Positions 25,194 to 32,000 of a stretch of 32,000 nucleotides of DNA are shown one piece after another. The translations under genes and the position numbers were made by a program. How positions within the stretch are numbered: the stretch's first letter is position 1; every line of letters begins with the position of its first letter. Under the pieces are notes generated by a model. That model was not told the DNA's origin. It searched no databases and saw only the letters and a list, made by a program, of their open reading frames with translations. Origin of the DNA: Candidatus Calditenuis fumarioli (GTDB taxonomy: Archaea; Thermoproteota; Nitrososphaeria_A; Caldarchaeales; Calditenuaceae); contig JANVYR010000001.1 of assembly GCA_030059665.1 (NCBI GenBank), positions 595,548-627,547 on the forward strand, given 5' to 3'.

Positions 25194-25745
25194 ATGTTCT
25201 TTCTGGTCAGGGTGGAGGACGTCGTGGGCATAGAGCCGCGCGAGTTCGGGAGGCCGCTCAAGCAGGTGGTGATGGAGAAGCTCTCAAGCGCCTACGAGGG
25301 GCTCGTCGACGAGGAGCTGGGCTACGTCGTCGCGGTCATCGACGCAGAGGTCGACCCGATAGGAGTACTGCTGCCGAAGGACCCCGCATCCTACCACAGG
25401 GTAGTCTGCACCCTGCTCGCGTTCATCCCGCAGGTCCAGGAGGTCGTCGAGGGCGAGGTCGTGGACGTCACCGAGTTCGGTGCCTTCGTCAGGATAGGAA
25501 CCGTCGATGCGCTGCTCCACCTCTCCCAGATCATCGACGACTACGTCTCGTTCGACAAGAGGAACATGGAGCTCATCGCCACCAAGTCGGGCCTCCGGCT
25601 CGGCGTCGGCGACAGGGTGAGGGCGAGGATAGTTGCGGTCTCGATCGCCGGAGGTAAGGTAGGGCTCACCACCCGGCAGCCGTACCTCGGCAAGCTCGAG
25701 TGGATCGAGCAGCAGCTGGCCCCGAAGCCTCAGGCGAAGAGGTGA
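25194..25745 (+). CDS. rpo7: DNA-directed RNA polymerase subunit Rpo7 (E')
   Basis: MFFLVRVEDVVGIEPREFG... N-terminal domain followed by an S1 domain (VVEGEVVDVTEFGAFVRIG.VDALLHLSQI). The tracked ORF starts at 25071, but the conserved N-terminus and the TATA box favour the ATG at 25194. Confidence 0.85.
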   Translation: MFFLVRVEDVVGIEPREFGRPLKQVVMEKLSSAYEGLVDEELGYVVAVIDAEVDPIGVLLPKDPASYHRVVCTLLAFIPQVQEVVEGEVVDVTEFGAFVRIGTVDALLHLSQIIDDYVSFDKRNMELIATKSGLRLGVGDRVRARIVAVSIAGGKVGLTTRQPYLGKLEWIEQQLAPKPQAKR

Positions 25746-25751
25746 GCGGCC

Positions 25752-25937
25752 CTGAGGGAGAGGGCCTGCAGGGAGTGCAGGGCCATCACCACCGGTGACA
25801 GGTGCTGGAACTGCGGCTCCACCAACCTTTCCAACAGCTTCTCCGGGTTGATCGTCGTCCTGGTCCCCGAGGAGTCGGAGATCGCGAAGCTGCTGAACAT
25901 CGCCAAGCCGGGGAGGTATGCGGTCAAGGTCGAGTGA
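25752..25937 (+). CDS. spt4: Transcription elongation factor Spt4 (RpoE''), apparent non-canonical CTG start
   Basis: In frame directly behind the rpo7 TGA: (L)RERACRECRAITTGDRCWNCGSTNLSNSFSGLIVVLVPEESEIAKLLNIAKPGRYAVKVE. This is a four-Cys zinc ribbon plus the S.IAK...G.YA motif of archaeal Spt4. There is no ATG/GTG/TTG between the TGA and the first Cys. Confidence 0.65.
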   Translation: MRERACRECRAITTGDRCWNCGSTNLSNSFSGLIVVLVPEESEIAKLLNIAKPGRYAVKVE

Positions 25938-26472
25938 GGTCTTCCCGCCCGGTGCGGAGGTCCTCAGGCTCAAAGACGAGCACCGGCAGCTCCTGAAGAG
26001 GCCGCTCGGTCGCCTGATCACCGGCCCGCCGGACCAGGTCTCGCTCGAGTTGGGGAGGGCGATCTCGGCCAGGAAGGGCCCTCTGGTGGTGGTGGGGGAC
26101 GTGGTCTCTTCGACCGTCTCCCCTTTCTCGCCCAACGAGGTCGTCTACGTGACCGACGGCAAGACGCTCCGCGAGCTCACGTCGGAGGTGAGGCTCGATG
26201 TGGACAGGGTGGTCAGGTGCCGGAACGAGGCTGGGACGATCTCGAGGGAGGCCTTCGAGGCCCTCGAGGAAGCGATTCGCTCCGGCGGAAGGGTCCACCT
26301 GGTGGTGGAGGGGGAGGAGGACCTCCTGGCGCTCGCGGCCGTCTACCTCGTCCCCTCGGGCGGCCTCGTGGTCTACGGTCAGCCCGGCGAGGGCGTGGTG
26401 GTTGTGGAGGTGGACGACGCGATCAGGTCCTTCGCGTATTCGGTGCTGAAGGCCATGGTCCCTGAGCGGTGA
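25918..26472 (+). CDS. GTP-dependent dephospho-CoA kinase (DUF359 family)
   Basis: L.RPLG.L..G, VVVGDVV, VTDGKTLR, VVEGEEDLLALAAVYLVPSGGLVVYGQPGEGVVVV match the DUF359/COG1909 signature. The position after spt4 is conserved in archaea. Confidence 0.7.
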   Translation: MRSRSSEVFPPGAEVLRLKDEHRQLLKRPLGRLITGPPDQVSLELGRAISARKGPLVVVGDVVSSTVSPFSPNEVVYVTDGKTLRELTSEVRLDVDRVVRCRNEAGTISREAFEALEEAIRSGGRVHLVVEGEEDLLALAAVYLVPSGGLVVYGQPGEGVVVVEVDDAIRSFAYSVLKAMVPER

Positions 26473-26476
26473 GCTG

Positions 26477-26689
26477 TCACCTCCTCCTCGCTCTTGCGGG
26501 TGAGGGCTTCGGCGCCTCTGCGGTCTTGAAGATCGTGTGGTGGCACCGGCCGCAGTAGTACCTGTCTCCGTGGTCGGCCATGAAGTAGCCCTCTCCGCAG
26601 ACGGGGCAGAACCTGCTCTTCCTCACCAATTTCCCGTCCTGCGTGACCTCGTACAGCTTGTAAAGCGGTCTCGTCCCTCCCCTCACCAT
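26477..26689 (-). CDS. rps27ae: 30S ribosomal protein S27ae (eS31)
   Basis: [41 protein letters not shown] is the S27ae zinc-ribbon signature. Confidence 0.85.
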   Translation of the reverse strand: MVRGGTRPLYKLYEVTQDGKLVRKSRFCPVCGEGYFMADHGDRYYCGRCHHTIFKTAEAPKPSPARARRR

Positions 26690-26732
26690 CGGAGGAGTCC
26701 GCTGAAGGCCCAGTAAAGAACGTTCGCCGGGC

Positions 26733-27953
26733 TCAGACCAGGTCCCTTCCGATGAGGGTCCTCGCGACGATCAGCTTCATGATGTTCTCGGTTCCCTCGG
26801 CTCCGACGACGTAGCTGAAGGCCCCGAGCCAGGCCCTCATGATGGGGAGCTCCTTGAAGTACGCCGCTCCCCCGAACCACTTGGTTACCTCCATCCCTAT
26901 CTCGACCGCGAGCGGAGCGCACTTCAGCTTTGCCATCGCGCCGTACAGGGCCACGTCGCTCAGCGTGAAGTTGGGATCCTTGTGGAAGTAGTAACGGTCT
27001 GCGACCCACGCGGCCTTGTAGCAGAGGAGCCTCGCGGCCTCGAGCTCCTTCGCCAGCTCCGCGAACCTGAAGCTGATGGACTGGTACGAGGCTATCGGCC
27101 TCCCGAAGACCTCCCTCTTTCTGATCCACTCGAGGCCCTGGTCTAGCAGCCACCTGGCGCATCCTATCGTGACAGCACCGATCATGCTCCTCGCGAGGTT
27201 GAAGCCCTCCATCGCGATCTTGAACCCGCCGTTCACCTCGCCTATCCTGTAGTGGTCCTTCACCCTGGTTCCGTTGAAGGTGATCACCGATGTGTCCAGG
27301 CCCCTCCTCGCGATCTCTGTCCATGGTCTGTACGAGACCGTTGGGTCCCTTACGCCGTTCCGCTTCATCGGCACGAAGAAGTCGGTTATTGTCCTGTGCT
27401 TCAGCGCCGGATCCCCTGTCCTGGCTATCGTGAACCAACCTCCTCCCCACCTGAGGGACTCGATCACCGTCGGGAGCGAGGTCATGGTCTTCTCGCCGCT
27501 GATGACCCACTCGTCACCCTCCCTCACGGCCCTCAGCCTGACATCGGAGACGTCGCTTCCCCCGTGGGCCTCAGTGCTCGAGATCCCCATGGCCGCCCTC
27601 CCCTTCGCTATCTCAGGAAGGACCTCGGCCTTCGCCTCCTCGGTGCCGTAGAGCTGGAGGACATAGGGCCATGAGGCCTGGATGAGGAAGAGCACCGCGA
27701 TCGAGAGCGCTGGGCCGTGGTAGGCGAGCTCCTCCCCGGCGATGGCTGCCTCCGTGAAGGTCCCTCCCTGACCTCCGTACTCCTCGGAGATCGTGAGGCC
27801 GTAGATCCCCGCCTGGGCCATCCGCTCGATCAGGTCGGTTGGTATGACGCCCCTCTCGTCGACGTCGATCCAGATCGGCTCCACGTGCCGCTTGCAGAAC
27901 TCCCTCACCGACTCCCTGAAGATCCTGTGCTCGGGCGATTCGGAGAAGTCCAC
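26733..27953 (-). CDS. Acyl-CoA dehydrogenase
   Basis: 406 aa with the three-domain ACAD pattern: an N-terminal helical domain, a middle [11 protein letters not shown] beta domain, and C-terminal helices with the catalytic region ...[15 protein letters not shown]. Confidence 0.85.
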   Translation of the reverse strand: MDFSESPEHRIFRESVREFCKRHVEPIWIDVDERGVIPTDLIERMAQAGIYGLTISEEYGGQGGTFTEAAIAGEELAYHGPALSIAVLFLIQASWPYVLQLYGTEEAKAEVLPEIAKGRAAMGISSTEAHGGSDVSDVRLRAVREGDEWVISGEKTMTSLPTVIESLRWGGGWFTIARTGDPALKHRTITDFFVPMKRNGVRDPTVSYRPWTEIARRGLDTSVITFNGTRVKDHYRIGEVNGGFKIAMEGFNLARSMIGAVTIGCARWLLDQGLEWIRKREVFGRPIASYQSISFRFAELAKELEAARLLCYKAAWVADRYYFHKDPNFTLSDVALYGAMAKLKCAPLAVEIGMEVTKWFGGAAYFKELPIMRAWLGAFSYVVGAEGTENIMKLIVARTLIGRDLV

Positions 27954-28040
27954 GCCGGAACCGCGCGTCCGCCGTATTTCTCCCTTGGTGGACGACCTCT
28001 TGCAGTTGCTCCCGAGAGGATCCGTATCAGGGCTTCGCCG

Positions 28041-28931
28041 CTATCCCACAGACGGCACGACGTCCTTGACGAACTCCCTCATCTTCGAGAGCAGCGCGTC
28101 CACCGGCAGGTCTCCGAGGTAGATTGCGACGTGCTCGACGCCGAGCTTCGCGTACCTCGAGAGCTCCTCCGCCACCCTGGATGCCCATCCCCCCACGATG
28201 TACCTCCTCTCACCGGAGCCGGATCTGGATTCCTCGCTCTTCGCGCTGGGATCGAGCTTGACGGTCAGCCTCCCGCTGACGGTGAAGCCCTCCCGTCCAG
28301 AAGACCTGATCAGCGCCATCCGCTCCTCCAGCTCGTCGAACGGTATCCCCGTGAAGTGCCAGCCGTCGGCCAGCGAGAGAGCCCTCCTCACGGCCCTCTC
28401 CGTGTTCCCTCCGACCCAGATCCTGGGCCCTCCTTTCTGCGCCGGCAAAGGGCTGAAGATCACGTCCCTCACCCGGTGGAACCTGCCCTCGAAGACGGGC
28501 CGCTCGCTGGACCAGAGCACCCGCAACAGCCTCAGCTGCTCCTCGAGGAGCGCGCCCCTCCTCCTGAAGTCGACGCCGAAGGTCCTGAACTCCGTCGGCT
28601 CCCAACCCGCGCCCACCCCCACGATCAGCCTCCCTCCGGAGAGGTAGTCGATGGTGGCCAGCTGCTTCGCCGTCAGGATCGTCGGCCTCAAAGGCATCAC
28701 CACGATCGAGGTCCCGAGCGTGATGCTCTCGGTCTTAGCGGCGATGTAGCTGAGCGTCGTCAGTGACTCGAGGATCCTGCCGTAGGGATAGGGGTGGGCT
28801 GCGCCCACCGTGATGTGGTCTGTGGTCCAGACCGAATCGTACCCGAGTCTCTCCGCCTCCATCGCCGATCTCACGACTCCCTCCCTGCTGAGGTTGTTGC
28901 CGAAGTTGGGCACGCAGATCCCGAACCTCAC
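28041..28931 (-). CDS. Luciferase-like monooxygenase (LLM) class, probable F420-dependent oxidoreductase
   Basis: MRFGICVPNFG....EAERLGYDSVWTTDH and GRLIVGVGAGW motifs typical of LLM/F420-dependent oxidoreductases. Confidence 0.7.
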   Translation of the reverse strand: MRFGICVPNFGNNLSREGVVRSAMEAERLGYDSVWTTDHITVGAAHPYPYGRILESLTTLSYIAAKTESITLGTSIVVMPLRPTILTAKQLATIDYLSGGRLIVGVGAGWEPTEFRTFGVDFRRRGALLEEQLRLLRVLWSSERPVFEGRFHRVRDVIFSPLPAQKGGPRIWVGGNTERAVRRALSLADGWHFTGIPFDELEERMALIRSSGREGFTVSGRLTVKLDPSAKSEESRSGSGERRYIVGGWASRVAEELSRYAKLGVEHVAIYLGDLPVDALLSKMREFVKDVVPSVG

Positions 28932-28967
28932 GGAACCCCTCCGGCTTTTCCTGGATTTAACCGGATT

Positions 28968-29945
28968 TCACCGCTCGATGACCTCCGCACCGCCTCCGAT
29001 CCCCGAGACCAGGACCTCGAACCCCGCGTCCCTCAACCTCTGGACCACCTCGTCGATGTGCTCCGGCATCGCGTTGACGTAGACCGTCGGGCCCGTCTGC
29101 ATCGAGAAGTAGGCCTCGATACCTTCAGACCTCATCCTCCTCACCAGGGAGATCACCCGGAGCGACTCGGGCGTCATGAGGATCATCCCGGATGATCCGG
29201 TCATGGTGACCGCGTGGAGCTCCAAGGAGTCCTTCTCGACCTCCGAGCCGAAGGTCTTGAAGTCCCCCTCGATTATCGCCCTCTCAACTCTATTGCACCT
29301 CTCGTTCGCGACCTCGATCCTCCTGCTGAAGTACGGCGACGACTCCGCCTCCCTGTGGGCCTCCTCGGTGGTCACGTCGATGCCCAGAGGAACTATCGCG
29401 AAGCGCAGAGGCAGGTTCCCCTCGTCCGCGAACCTGACCGCGTAGCTGTCCTCGTCCCCGGTCCCCGCGTACCATCGGGCGTACTTCCCGACCACCGACC
29501 TGCAAGCAGAACCTGCGAGGAGCCTCGCTATCCTCGAGATCAGGGCCTCGTTCCTGCCATAGACCTCATCGAGGCCGGCGGCGAAGTACGCGGCCGTCGC
29601 TATCGAAGCACCGGCAGCGGATGAGAACCCCAGCCCCTTAGCACCGACCTTCGGGTGGTTCTCGGTTCTGACGAGGGCCCTCTCCTCGATCCCCGAGAGC
29701 TCCCGGACCCTGTCGAGCACCGCGACGACCCGTTCCCTCGCCCTCCCGGTCAGGATGCTGCCGTTGGCGATCACCACGTCCTCGTCGAGGCCGCCGAAGC
29801 TCACCTCAGCCACAACGTACGCGACGTCGGTGTTGACGGAGATGCTGTCGTGGTAAGGTATCCTGAGCTTCCAGTCGCGGAGGCCGTGGTACTTCACCAG
29901 AGCCTGCATCGTGTATGCCCTCGCCACAGCCCTCATCTTCCCCAT
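28968..29945 (-). CDS. Mevalonate-pathway decarboxylase homologue (GHMP superfamily; diphospho- or phosphomevalonate decarboxylase)
   Basis: ALVKYHGLRD...IPYHDSISV N-terminal motif and the GHMP motif GLGFSSAAGASIATAA. The size (325 aa) fits the MVD/PMD family. Confidence 0.65.
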   Translation of the reverse strand: MGKMRAVARAYTMQALVKYHGLRDWKLRIPYHDSISVNTDVAYVVAEVSFGGLDEDVVIANGSILTGRARERVVAVLDRVRELSGIEERALVRTENHPKVGAKGLGFSSAAGASIATAAYFAAGLDEVYGRNEALISRIARLLAGSACRSVVGKYARWYAGTGDEDSYAVRFADEGNLPLRFAIVPLGIDVTTEEAHREAESSPYFSRRIEVANERCNRVERAIIEGDFKTFGSEVEKDSLELHAVTMTGSSGMILMTPESLRVISLVRRMRSEGIEAYFSMQTGPTVYVNAMPEHIDEVVQRLRDAGFEVLVSGIGGGAEVIER

Positions 29946-30024
29946 CTGACCACCCGGCTTCCGGCGACCCGCCGCCTCCCAACCAAATAACGTTGATATC
30001 TGCCCTGCACCAAAGCGATCGGGG

Positions 30025-30213
30025 ATGGCGCAGCAGGTGGTCTACCAGTGCGTCAGGTGCGGAACCCTCTTCGAGCGGGACATCGGTCCGAGGGCTGCGC
30101 AGCTCAGGTGCCCCAACTGCGGCTACCCGGTTATCAGGAAGCCGAAGCCTAACGTGGCGAAGCTCATCGTCACCTCCCAGCTCTCGGAGGAGGTGAAGCT
30201 GTTCTACACCTGA
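30025..30213 (+). CDS. rpoP: DNA-directed RNA polymerase subunit RpoP (Rpo12)
   Basis: YQCVRCGTLFE....LRCPNCGYPVIRKPKP is the Rpo12 zinc-ribbon signature. At 62 aa it is slightly longer than usual. Confidence 0.65.
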   Translation: MAQQVVYQCVRCGTLFERDIGPRAAQLRCPNCGYPVIRKPKPNVAKLIVTSQLSEEVKLFYT

Positions 30214-30392
30214 TCCTTTGGCTCTCCCTTCCTGGAACCCTGAAGTCGTCTCGTGTCGCGCTCGCAACCGCCACAACTGTCTATGAACCCGAGGGCGGAT
30301 CGGTCTTTCGGCGAGACATCCGGGTCGCCCAGTATCGTGAAGAAGCGTTTTTCCGGTGACCGAGCTGGTGAAATTGCGGGTCCCGGTTCATC

Positions 30393-30815
30393 ATGGAAGG
30401 CGAGCTCAGACCCGAGATCGAGGACTGGTTCTATGAGGCCTGCGTCGACCTCGAGGAGGCGGAGGACGCCCTCAGCAGGGGAAGGAACAACTGGGCCTGC
30501 TTCGCAGCCCAGCAGGCCGCAGGGAAGGCCCTCAAGGCAGCGTACCTCGCGATCAAGAGGAGGCGCTTCCCTAGGACCCACGACCTCCTCGAGCTTTACC
30601 TCGAGCTCCGGGGTGAGATCTCAGTCGGTGACGAGGGGAAGATCGGGCTCCTCTCGTCCTTCTACGAGCTGTCGAGATACCCCAACGCGGGCGTCAGGAG
30701 ACCCTCCAGGTCGATCTCAAGCGACGTTGCCCGGGAAATGCTTAACCTCGCTAAGGAGGTAGTGAGGACGGTCGGTGAGAGGATTGGCCTCGCGTGCGGC
30801 CCCCAAACTCGGTGA
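30393..30815 (+). CDS. HEPN domain protein (toxin component of a HEPN-MNT pair)
   Basis: 140 aa. A..L.....W..A.F.A.QA..KALKA and a ...PRTHDL motif (R-x-H, the HEPN catalytic signature). Confidence 0.75.
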   Translation: MEGELRPEIEDWFYEACVDLEEAEDALSRGRNNWACFAAQQAAGKALKAAYLAIKRRRFPRTHDLLELYLELRGEISVGDEGKIGLLSSFYELSRYPNAGVRRPSRSISSDVAREMLNLAKEVVRTVGERIGLACGPQTR

Positions 30816-31143
30816 CCTCGGTTTGCCCGAAGACGTGAGGAGGAGGATCGAGAGGGCCGTCGAGGTGATCAGGAGCGTCGCGGCCGACGCGAGGGTTCTG
30901 CTCTTCGGGAGCTTCGCCCGAGGGGACTGGCTCGAGGAGAGCGACATCGACCTTCTGGTGATATCCGACGCGTTCGGGGGGATGAGCTACCTCGAAAGGC
31001 TCGAGAGGATAAAGAGGGCCCTTCTGGAGAACGGCCTCCCGAGGGTCCACGTGATACCGCTGACGTGGGGCGAGCTTGAGGAATTGGGTGAGAGGAGCGT
31101 CGTGATCAGCGACGCGCCTGAGTATGCCGTGGAGGTGGTCTGA
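30775..31143 (+). CDS. Minimal nucleotidyltransferase (MNT; antitoxin/AMPylase partner of HEPN)
   Basis: VLLFGSFARGDWLEESDIDLLVISD is the G[SG]x9-13[DE]xD polymerase-beta-type NTase motif. It overlaps the end of the HEPN gene, and its exact start is uncertain. Confidence 0.8.
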   Translation: MRGLASRAAPKLGDLGLPEDVRRRIERAVEVIRSVAADARVLLFGSFARGDWLEESDIDLLVISDAFGGMSYLERLERIKRALLENGLPRVHVIPLTWGELEELGERSVVISDAPEYAVEVV

Positions 31144-31226
31144 TTCCGAGATCTTCTGCTGTGTTAGCCCTCAACTTTCCTCGCGAGAACGACGAGTTCA
31201 GCCGAGAAAACGCGAAATCTCCGTTG

Positions 31227-31328
31227 CGGGCCCGGTGGGACTCGAACCCACGACCTTCCGGTTAACAGCCGGGCGTTGAAGATATTGGGGGAATACCCCA
31301 ATATACTCTTCCGCTGAGCTACGGGCCC
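31227..31328 (-). tRNA. tRNA-Asn (anticodon GTT) interrupted by a ~30-nt intron in the D arm; no encoded CCA
   Basis: Hand fold. Acceptor GGGCCCG/CGGGCCC. D stem GCTC...GAG|C split by the insert. Anticodon stem CCCGG/CCGGA (one C-A mismatch) with loop CTGTTAA. Variable loop AGGTC. T arm GTGGG-TTCGAGT-CCCAC. Discriminator G. Confidence 0.8.
31276..31305 (-). other. Non-canonical tRNA intron (D-arm position, about 24/25)
   Basis: TATATTGGGGTATTCCCCCAATATCTTCAA contains a perfect 9-bp stem, ATATTGGGG/CCCCAATAT. Removing it restores the GCTC/GAGC D stem. The exact splice junctions are not determinable by eye. Confidence 0.6.
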
Positions 31329-31352
31329 ACGTACTGATTATTTTCCATCTTA

Positions 31353-31363
31353 GCATTTAAACC
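31353..31363 (-). promoter_or_regulatory. TATA box (minus strand GGTTTAAATGC) for tRNA-Asn
   Basis: An A/T box centred about 30 nt upstream of the tRNA 5' end at 31328. Confidence 0.45.
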
Positions 31364-31625
31364 TTAGTAGACGAAAGAAGACACCGTTCGGATGAGCGTC
31401 AGCTCCGTCGATCTCTGCTCATCCTCATCGCTTACCGAAATCACATGATTAACTCGATGATAAGAAAGGGAGTGATTTCAGTTAGCAGATGGTTGTCAGT
31501 ATTGTTTAGGGGAGCCGGAATGAGGACCTCAGGCATTCGGCTGTTAATTGCTTCATCCCCCCTCGCGGTAGGTCTGCATTCGGCGCTCTATTGCCCAGGT
31601 CCCCATCCGGCTCTTTCCCCCGTTC

Positions 31626-32000
31626 TCACCTCTTCATCGCTTTTAGTGTATTCTTTACGGTTTTCAGGACCTCCCGCACCTCTTTGCCCTTGATCTTCTG
31701 CCTTCCCTTCACACTAATTGTCAGCGATTCTGTCGCATCTTTCAGCATTTTGTTGTACTTTCCGTCGTTCGGATAGTAGTTACCAGTATAGGTCAATATC
31801 TTCCTCAGCCCTAAGCTGAAGTCCACGTACAACAGCAGTTGGACCAAAGCTACCCTGCCGTAGAGGCATTTGCCTGAGCTGATCCTCAATCTCTCCGATA
31901 TCTGATGGATCGGTAGGAAGCTTCTCGCCAGTGCGTCTATCTCCCTGGCCAGCTTATCTTTCCGCCTCCTCAGGTGATTGATGAGATGTCTGTAGTGTGC
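31626..32000 (-). CDS. 3' part of a hypothetical gene running off the right edge (low-GC, possibly mobile-element derived)
   Basis: The frame is open from the window edge to the TGA at 31626: AHYRHLINHLRRRKDKLAREIDALARSFLPIHQISERLRISSGKCLYGRVALVQLLLYVDF...KAMKR. No recognisable family. G+C is visibly lower than in the core genes. Confidence 0.4.
   Translation of the reverse strand, partial: AHYRHLINHLRRRKDKLAREIDALARSFLPIHQISERLRISSGKCLYGRVALVQLLLYVDFSLGLRKILTYTGNYYPNDGKYNKMLKDATESLTISVKGRQKIKGKEVREVLKTVKNTLKAMKR

Noticed and set aside
30330-30392. Possible C/D box sRNA between rpoP and the HEPN gene (GTGAAGA and GTGAAAT as C/C'-like boxes).
   Set aside because: No CUGA D/D' boxes occur at the required ~12-nt spacing and there is no terminal stem. 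The resemblance is limited to two degenerate heptamers.
31445-31693. 82-aa plus-strand ORF in the low-GC spacer.
   Set aside because: It has no motifs, overlaps the end of the better-supported minus-strand ORF, and its composition looks non-coding.
1-32000. Scan for CRISPR arrays, rRNA genes and long tandem repeats.
   Set aside because: No regularly spaced direct repeats of 24-40 nt and no rRNA-like conserved blocks were seen. The only repeats found are the 17-bp inverted pair and the short motifs reported above.

Overview
High-G+C archaeal chromosomal segment. Archaeal hallmarks are RNA polymerase subunits Rpo7/E', Spt4/E'' and RpoP, ribosomal protein S27ae, class I LysRS, an aCPSF2-type beta-CASP RNase, a DUF359-type GTP-dependent dephospho-CoA kinase, A/T-rich TATA-like boxes about 25-35 nt upstream of starts, and a tRNA with a non-canonical D-arm intron. 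This fits a thermophilic Thermoproteota/TACK lineage best; I cannot assign it further. Most of the window is tightly packed housekeeping and metabolic genes on both strands, many with 4-nt start/stop overlaps. These include a B12-dependent class II ribonucleotide reductase carrying a LAGLIDADG intein, a CoxL-like molybdenum hydroxylase, an acyl-CoA dehydrogenase, an F420/LLM oxidoreductase and a mevalonate-pathway decarboxylase homologue. Three patches that look AT-richer by eye (not computed) interrupt this background. (i) 7.35-9.46 kb: a translationally coupled ABC-type ATPase plus a Toprim/DUF4276-like partner, abutting tRNA-Leu; this is a candidate defence module. (ii) 10.6-12.3 kb: an IS110-like DEDD recombinase homologue whose expected catalytic Ser position reads Glu. 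It is followed by a G+C-rich structured 3' flank with a T-tract, then by a 448-bp MITE-like IS remnant with perfect 17-bp terminal inverted repeats. (iii) 31.33-32.0 kb: a low-GC segment upstream of tRNA-Asn with a truncated ORF. Other notable items are an orphan, closed four-helix structured RNA candidate at 16181-16355, an Spt4 ORF with no canonical start codon lying in frame behind the rpo7 TGA, and a HEPN-MNT toxin-antitoxin pair. No rRNA genes or CRISPR arrays were seen. All family assignments come from by-eye motif recognition and need profile searches to confirm.
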